A stretch of DNA of 45,342 nucleotides. Source: Chara braunii (taxonomy: Eukaryota > Plantae > Charophyceae). Location: positions 5,288,614 through 5,333,955 of the forward strand of contig BFEA01000012.1 in the NCBI GenBank assembly GCA_003427395.1, given 5' to 3'. Positions 38,401-45,342 of the stretch are shown here, piece by piece. Within the stretch, counting starts at the first letter, position 1; each line of letters opens with the position of its first letter. Position numbers and translations under genes: made by a program. The notes beneath the pieces were generated by a model that made no database searches, had not been told where the DNA came from, and saw only the letters and a program-made list of their open reading frames with translations.

Positions 38401-41400
38401 AGGGGAACGGTTATGTTCTGCTTGACAAAAATATGAATAGAGATCTCCCAGAAATATATGGAGAAGTCTCTGAAGGTTGTTGAAAAGTTTTAAGATGTCC
38501 CTTCAGAAGGATTCCATCACATGGTGCTGACAAAGATGCGCATGGAGGTGACTGATCTCCAAAAGGTCGTATCTTTTGCTAGGTCTCTCAAAGATTAGCA
38601 ACAGATAGAGGAGACGGAGGCGGCAAATGGTGCAGCAGCTGTGTGTGGGGAGTAATGCATGTGTGCCTGGGAAGGGGTGATGGAGGAGTGCAACCATTTT
38701 AGATGAATTTGCACTTATGCCATGCTCTGGTTTGTGCTCTTCTGGTTGACAGATTGGAGAACTGCCACCGGAGGCGGGAGTTATACCTCGTGCGATTCAG
38801 CAGATATTTGACACCCTGGAAAGTGCAAGTGCGGAGTACAGCGTGAAGGTGACTTTTCTAGAGCTGTATAACGAAGAGATTACTGATCTGCTTGCGCCAG
38901 AGGAGGTTATCGTCATTAAGGGTCCTGGCTTGGAAGAACGGCAGAAGAAGCCCCTTGCTCTCATGGAGGATGGAAAGGGAGGAGTGCTTGTCAGGGGGCT
39001 GGAAGAGGAGATCGTGAAGAATGCCTCTGAAATTTACACATTGCTGGATAGAGGATCGGCAAAGAGGCGAACTGCGGAGACTTTACTTAATAAGCAGTCA
39101 AGGTGTGTTAAATGTGGTTTTCCTTTCATCTGCGTTGTGTACTCCTGCCCGTTACCGTCTTCACCCAAAATACGGCTCGGGCGTTACATTCAACTTCCCC
39201 TAAAACAGTTATTAACTCAACTTTATCTGAATATAACGCCGCTTCAAATATGACGCCCTGGTGTTATGTTTGAACAGAGATCCCGGGCGTTATGTTTGAA
39301 CGTGGCATGGGTACGATGGCATGGAAGGGGCATGATGTTTAAAGGGGGTTGAAAAGAGTCGTAACCTCAACGGGTGTGCTTTGATTGTACTTTTTGTATT
39401 TGTTTTGTTTTTTAGTCTTCAAATAAATAAGGAATTCTGAAGTCACCCTGAGCCAAAAGTTGTTTGCATTGGAATTCTGCAGAACATATTTCTTTTTACA
39501 TAATGTTTTGATTAAAAAGAAAATGGAGTATCACCGAAGTTGCTACAAGTTACTGAATATAAGGCCCGAGTGATATTTTCCCGTGAAGATGATAGTTCGT
39601 AGCTTACGTGCAATGCTTGCTGCGTGGATACGTTGCCTGGCGATAAATTGTTCTGCATAACCATACTCTTGTTATGCCCTCTCTGTCGTGTTGCCTCTGC
39701 CAGTGCCTTCATTTGATGCTGATCTCGAGAAAGAAGGAAGTAATTCAAATGCAAGTTTTTTTGCAGTATCATGTGATTCGATCTCGATTCGGGCTTATGC
39801 CCTGTTCATCAACAGTTACATGTGTGTACCATTGGGCTGCTAGAAGCGACCATTGTTTGCGTACATTCTGCTGGTAGAAACTAGCATTGATTGTGTGCAT
39901 TAGGCTGGTAGAAGCTAGCGTTGATTGTGCACATTGGGCTGGTAGAAGCATTGATTACCCTTTTTTTCCGAGTAGACGTTTTGGTTTGGCAGAGTCTACA
40001 TGCTGTACAATGTCTCTGCATCGATTATCAATGACCCTTGCCCACACCTGGATTATTGCCCTGAAAAAGAATCCTTGTTCTGAATGATTGCCGGTCTGAT
40101 TGTTGTACACTGTGTTGTTTTGTGTTGCCTTGTCATTGNGAGATCAGTCGTTCGCATTCTGTGTTCTCCATTACTATTCACATCAAGGAATCAACACCGG
40201 AAGGGGAAGAGCTGATTAAATGTGGAAAGCTTAACCTTGTTGACCTTGCTGGATCAGAGAACATTTCACGCTCTGGAGCAAGAGACGTAAGTGGCATGTC
40301 ATGTGAGCTCATTCCTTCCTCTCCTCCTTGCACCCCTCCAATTTACCCAGGTCATCTGGCAGACTTTTGTGGCAGAGGCAGTCCTGTGCTGGCCCGTAAT
40401 CATTACCTGATGCGATTGCAAAGCTGGATGGATATATGATGGTTATGGCGGGGGTTCTCCTGTGTTTTCCCCTATTACACTCAGTTGGGCTGTGTTGCAG
40501 CACCATCAGCCAAGTGTTACGATTGGTGGAAATCAGGATTGCATGGACTTCCCCGAGCAACTTAGTTATCTTGCCGAAATGTTTGGACCCTGCATGTCCA
40601 GCTTGTGAAGCGGGATCACCACCTTTCGTGGGCGTCCTATGTTCAGCAAACAATCATTGTTCTTACATGCTGTCGTTCCACAACCAGAAAGAGGCGTAAA
40701 TGCAACATCTGTGTTTGACTATCAGACCAATTAGTGGAGATTAGGATTGTTTTGTGTTTGCAATGCGTATCTCTTGACCACTGGTCTTCGTCGTCTTGAA
40801 TTGGGATACGAAATTGGAATGACTCATTGCCAACCCCACTTTTCATGAATGCCAGGGAAGAGCACGCGAGGCGGGTGAGATTAACAAGAGCCTGCTAACA
40901 CTAGGCCGTGTGATAACGGCATTGGTGGAGCATCTCGGACATATTCCTTACAGGTATGCCCCACTGTGAGCTGTGGCCAATCCAATCCGCTTCTGTTTTG
41001 TCTGTTGCTTCAAGTATGGTTATCAGCTGTCTGGACAGTGTTTGCTTGCTGGTTTGTTTCTTGCTGAAAAAGTGTGGAAGTTCTTACTGTTAGCTGGGCG
41101 ATGCATGCATGGTGATCTCTGTGTCTACAGGGACAGCAAGCTCACAAGGTTGTTGCGGGACTCACTAGGCGGGAGAACGAAGACGTGCATCATTGCTACT
41201 GTTTCTCCTACAGTACAGTGCTTGGAAGAGACTTTGAGCACACTGGATTATGCTCATCGAGCGAAACATATAAAGAACAAGCCAGAGGTAAGTCAGAATT
41301 GATGGTGTCTTTTGATTTTGGTCGCTCGCACTTCCCATTGTTCGGATACGGTTGGGTTGTACTTGAATGTATACTGTACACTCATCCTGAGACATGGTAA

Positions 41401-43217
41401 ATCCTCACATGATTTATTATATATGATTGATTTGTTGAGGTAGATGTGTGTGAAGTGTTCTGGCTGCACGAAGTGAAAAGCCATTACAAGTACTGTGGTG
41501 ATGAGACAGCTTAGTACAGTGTGCTAGTGAAGAATATAATAGGGGTTAGAGAACTAGGCCTGGACTCCACTGGACTACTTGTGGGTCTAGGTTCCGACAT
41601 CTAACGGCCCTTTTGTAGAGCTGAAAGCCGAGTCTTACCACATGTTATGGCCTGTTATATCTGTCTGCAAAGATTGAGACGTAGTGCTGTCGTGCCTAAA
41701 TCTTAGACTAGTTTGCTGTTGGTGGTGGTTGTTGGATTGGTTATGTCCCGACTGTGGGCATTGAAAAGCCATTAGTAGTAAGTTCGGTGATGACAAGGGA
41801 ACTTAGTTCTCATGTCCAAGTGCAGAATTTAATAGGCGGTAGAGAATTAGGGCTGGAGTCCACTGGACTATTTCTGGGTCTAGGTTCGGACATCGAACGG
41901 CCTTTTGCAGAGCTGAGTCTTACAAGATTGTGTGGCCCGCCAGATCTGTTGACAAAGGTCTAGACGTAGTCCTGTGGGGCCTAACTGTAAGACTACCGTC
42001 TTCACCTGAAACTTACACCCGGGCGTTTTATACAAATACAACGTCCGGTGGGTGTTATCTTTGTTTATAACGCCCGGGCGTTGTATTTAGTAAATTGGTG
42101 GCAACTTCGGTGGGGCCCCAAATTAGGGGGGGGAAATCAAAAAATTCTGTAAAGAAAGTATGTTGTCTAGAATTGCAATTCAACCAAATTTTGGCTGGGG
42201 TTCACTTCAGAATTCCTTATAAATTCGGAAATAAAAAAGAGAACAAAAATTCAAACCAAAACATACCCCTTGGAGGTCAAAGCCCCTTTCAGCCCCCTTT
42301 AAAACCCATGTACACCCGTCTTCCCCCCCTTTAAAACCCATGTACACTCTGTCTGCAAACCACTCTTTCCGTGGGACATTCAAATATAGTGCCCAGGCGT
42401 TGTATTCAAATGTAATGTCCGGGTGTTATATTCGAAGGGGCATTCTAGTCCCAAAAAAAAAGAGTAAAAACAAAAATCTGATTTTTTAAGGGTAAGTTGA
42501 ATAAACGCCCAGGCGTTATTTTTGGGTGAAGACGGTAGTTTTGCGGTTGGCGGTGGTCGTGATGGTTATGCTTCTTCTACAATATTTTTGGTCTGGCTTT
42601 GGATTGACTTGATTAGTTGATCTTTTGCAGGTAAACCAGAAGATGACGAAGAGTGCTCTGATTAAAGACATGAACTCAGAGATTGACCGGCTTAAGTCAG
42701 GTAAGCGTGCTTGATCTGGATGGAAGGGCCAATAAGCAACTTGAATGAGTTGTCATGGAGTAGGCAACATTTTGTTCTAGTGCATATGTAAATCTGAATC
42801 TAGTGTCCAGATCATAATTTTAAATGGGCCTCAATGTCGGTGAAGGAAGGCTGGCAAAATGCACTGAACATATTGATTCGTTAATCAGCCCTTGTCCTGG
42901 TAGCTCATAATTGTAAATGGGGTTGTTGGGAGGTTATAGGTTCGGCTCAGAGAACGTCTCAAAGTCACCCTTCTCAGAATGTCCTTTGTGCTAGTTGGCC
43001 CTGCTAGTAGGGGAGTCTCCACGGTGCGGGTGGTTGTGCTCTGGCACGGTCAAGCTGAGTTAAAGATGGTCCAGCCCAGGCATTGATGATAATATCCTGC
43101 GTGGTCTAACTAATCCGCTATTCGTTTTACATGATGACAGAGTTGTATGCATGCCGTGAGCGGAATGGCGTTTACATACCAAAAGACCGTTACTTCCAGG
43201 AGGAGGCAGAGCGAAAG
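25335..43217 (+). CDS. KIN5: Kinesin-5 (BimC/Eg5/KRP125-like) gene, coding exons 1-9: motor domain and start of stalk; continues beyond the window
   Basis: Nine GT-AG exons splice in frame: 25335-25393, 27107-27236, 28670-28828, 38753-39102, 40148-40286, 40856-40953, 41131-41287, 42631-42700, 43141-43217. Motifs: [12 protein letters not shown]-loop [11 protein letters not shown], switch I NKQSSRSH, switch [23 protein letters not shown], kinesin-5 neck IKNKPEVNQK and RERNGVYIP. The symbol is family-level only. Confidence 0.95.
25966..26398. repeat. (CA)n(GA)n microsatellite spanning the gap at 26075-26319 (intron 1)
   Basis: Directly visible. Confidence 0.97.
27107..27236 (+). CDS. KIN5: Kinesin-5 exon 2 ([15 protein letters not shown]...DRTFTFDK)
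   Basis: cag acceptor, gtaaat donor, phase matches exons 1 and 3. Confidence 0.93.
27560..28520. repeat. Purine-rich (G/A) low-complexity tract in intron 2, probably part of an unclassified repeat
   Basis: Strong G/A skew over ~1 kb. Confidence 0.65.
28670..28828 (+). CDS. KIN5: Kinesin-5 exon 3 (VFGP...P-loop GQTGTGKT...RPK)
   Basis: T-rich tract plus cag acceptor; gtaagt donor; 159 nt. Confidence 0.95.
29325..30060. repeat. Degenerate ~395-bp tandem duplication with an internal ~120-bp duplication
   Basis: gtatccatc(c/t)gctcttc...ggattgtaagaag at ~29327 and ~29720; aggagtggagagcgtat...gaggcgttatggatgattcaaa at ~29385 and ~29485. Confidence 0.75.
32517..33346 (+). repeat. 5' LTR (830 bp) containing three tandem copies of a ~137-bp unit
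   Basis: Starts tgttgggctca and ends cgaaca just before the PBS; unit copies anchored at 32764, 32901 and 33038. Confidence 0.9.
33348..33359 (+). promoter_or_regulatory. Primer binding site, initiator tRNA-Met type
   Basis: tggtatcagagc 1 nt after the LTR end. Confidence 0.9.
36953..37549 (+). repeat. 3' LTR (597 bp)
   Basis: Starts tgttgggctca after a purine-rich tract, ends ctaaca; collinear with the 5' LTR but has one copy of the internal unit. Confidence 0.9.
38753..39102 (+). CDS. KIN5: Kinesin-5 exon 4 ([14 protein letters not shown]...[12 protein letters not shown]...[10 protein letters not shown])
   Basis: acag acceptor, gtgtgt donor, conserved motor motifs. Confidence 0.95.
39155..39592. 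mobile_element. Second copy of the same MITE family, opposite orientation, in intron 4
   Basis: ta|ccgtcttcacccaaaata ... cgtgaagatga|ta; the left end matches the reverse complement of ~42490-42535. Confidence 0.8.
40148..40286 (+). CDS. KIN5: Kinesin-5 exon 5 ([14 protein letters not shown]...[17 protein letters not shown])
   Basis: Switch I and II motifs; cag / gtaagt boundaries. Confidence 0.95.
40856..40953 (+). CDS. KIN5: Kinesin-5 exon 6 ([32 protein letters not shown])
   Basis: cag / gtatgc boundaries, in phase. Confidence 0.95.
41131..41287 (+). CDS. KIN5: Kinesin-5 exon 7 ([23 protein letters not shown]...IKNKPE)
   Basis: cag / gtaagt boundaries, conserved end of motor domain. Confidence 0.95.
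41477..42570. repeat. ~290-bp tandem duplication in intron 7; the second copy is interrupted by the MITE
   Basis: aaagccatta...ccactggacta...gggtctaggttc...agacgtagt...agacta...gatggttatg occurs twice (41477-41745; 41766-41995 plus 42536-42570). Confidence 0.85.
41996..42535. mobile_element. MITE, Tc1/mariner-pogo-like (CCGT termini, TA TSD), in intron 7
   Basis: ta|ccgtcttcacc ... ggtgaagacgg|ta; internal cgcccgggcgtt-type subterminal motifs; an empty-site paralog lies at ~41705-41720. Confidence 0.88.
42631..42700 (+). CDS. KIN5: Kinesin-5 exon 8 ([23 protein letters not shown])
   Basis: ttttgcag acceptor, gtaagc donor; kinesin-5 neck coil. Confidence 0.93.
43141..43217 (+). CDS. KIN5: Kinesin-5 exon 9 ([26 protein letters not shown])
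   Basis: acag / gtacgc boundaries; NGVY motif typical of kinesin-5. Confidence 0.92.
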
Positions 43218-43919
43218 GTACGCATTGTATGCTCGCTAAATGAGTCTTTCGGAACTGTATCTTCTATTTATCGCCTCCCGAGTCCCAACCCTCTAAAGCC
43301 CATCGGCCGCAGGTCCCGTCTTTTTTGGGCTCTGTGCGTGCCGACAGGTTCACTTTGTCCAGGATTTTGCTGCGTTCGTTGCCTAAGATCTCGAGTTCAC
43401 ATCAGCTTCGTTGATTTCTCAATTCTGCGCCTGTCTGCACCTTCAGTTGTACCTGATTGTAGGTCTTCGGCCTCCGGGTTCTTTGTACACCTTTGGATAA
43501 CAGGGCATGCAAACGGACAAATCAGTAGGCGGTGGGTTCTTGGCGTCCGTGGCACTTTCCGAGAGCTTTGCTCTTGCCACTTTCGGATAAGTGCTGCCGG
43601 ACGTGTGGCTTGCGGGTTTTCACAGGCCATTGTTTATGGGTGCCAAGGTGTGAATTCGGGCCTCGACCGCAAGAGCATTTTGAACATAAGGGGATGATTT
43701 TCGGCTCCACATGCATTTAGGATGTTGTGCAGTGGAGCGGGCCCTTCTCCAGTCTGCGCCGCATGTTCAACCGGTCGGTCTATCCAACCGGTGTAGTGGA
43801 CGCAGGACCGAATCGAGCACGGCCGCCTGAACGAACAAAAAAGAATGAAAAGCACTGCGTGCAGCACATAGAGAGGAAGACGTCCGTTAGCAAGCAGAGA
43901 AGACCACGGATTGTGGCGG

Positions 43920-44370
43920 GGAGAAGATGGGTGTAAGACAGGGAGGAGAGAGTCCGCAACAGCACACACACACTCGCACACACACGCACACGCCCCCACA
44001 CGCGCACCCCCACACGCACACCCACACACCCACACATCCACACACCCACACACCCACACACCCACACACCTACACCCCCACACCCCCCCACACCCCCACA
44101 CCCACACCCACACACCCACACACCCACACCCACCCACACCCACCCAGTTCTCCGATTGCCGTTGGATCTTCGCAGTGAGCCACACACACCCATACCCCAA
44201 GGACAACCAAAAAGCTGTCTAATTATAAAATTGCTTTAATATGTTGGACATCTCAAATGCTCTCGTTGTCTGCAATAGGACAAAGACTGCTTTGATTCTG
44301 AATCTATTCACCTGGGTGGAATTGGGGCTGTTGTGGGGAAAATCTAAAACACACATGCACACACATGCAC

Positions 44371-44437
<67 letters not shown>

Positions 44438-45056
44438 GAGGGAGAGAGAGTCGGTGAAAGCAAATTGGAATGGTGCAGAGAAGATCGGCATGGCCCTTGC
44501 ACGAGGTGGGTGCAACAGCACACGTACACACTTGCACACACACGTGCATGCCCCCTCCCTCGCACCCCCACACGCACACCCACACACCCAAAGAGATGGG
44601 TGCAAGACATGGAGGAGAGAGTGCGCAATAGCACACACACACACACACTCGCACATACGCGCAAGCCCCCCACACGCGCACCCGGACACACCCACCCACC
44701 CACCCACCCACACCCACACACACCCACACACACCCACACACACCACACACACCCACACACACCCACACACACCCACACACTCAACCACACCCACACACCC
44801 CTAGCTCTGTGATGGCCGTCGGATCTTCGCAGTGAGCCACACACACCCACGCACACACGCTCAAACACACACACACACAGGGAGAGAGAGAGTCGGTGGA
44901 AGAAAATTGGAACGGTGTAGAGAAGATCGGTATGGCACATGCACGACGATGACACACAAATCGACAGTCTCCGTGAAAGTCCGACGAAACAGTCTGGCAC
45001 AGTCATGCTTTTTAGCAAACATGACACAACACTCAGACACACGCACACACACACAC
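43920..45056. repeat. CA-rich low-complexity duplication with ~660-bp spacing
   Basis: ggatcttcgcagtgagccacacacaccca at ~44164 and ~44821; gggagagagagtcggtg at ~44439 and ~44880. Confidence 0.75.
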
Positions 45057-45342
45057 GAGGAGCATACCTTCCCTTTTACTCTGTGCAAGGAAGATGAGCA
45101 ATAGCGAACTCCAGAACGCAAACAGCATCATACATAAGTTACCAGATAGCCATGACCTCGAACCATAAGCAGAATGGCATCACGAGTTTCACCCAATAAG
45201 AACACAGCAATAGTTCGTGATTGACAATGCTGAAGTTGTCTCCCATCATCATCAACAAAGAACAAGAGTTGATATCCTACTGGCGCTCGGCGCCCAGACC
45301 ACAAGATGGCAGGTCCTATCTAGCCTACTACTACAATGCCGA

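Noticed and set aside
43634-45121. HT/CV-rich ORFs
   Set aside because: Translations of CA/TG repeats.

Overview
Eukaryotic, plant-lineage genomic DNA rich in transposable elements. The style suggests a streptophyte alga such as Chara, but this is inference only. The window has three N gaps and one Nextera mate-pair adapter artefact. The right half carries the first nine coding exons of a plant-type kinesin-5 (BimC/Eg5-like) gene on the + strand, which continues past the window. Its introns contain an RT-less chromodomain Ty3/Gypsy element, two TA-flanked MITEs and local duplications. The centre holds a near full-length, decayed L1/Tx1-type LINE on the - strand. The most unusual feature is the ~1 kb next to the LINE 5' end: a hairpin-dense + strand segment built from a 25S/28S rRNA piece (H96-H97 region) joined to an 18S rRNA 3'-end piece (h44/h45). 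Each piece is interrupted by a foreign stem-closed insert, the 18S decoding-site segment is missing, and an A-rich tail follows. The left 9 kb is degenerate repeat sequence with a TIR element flanked by an 8-bp TSD.
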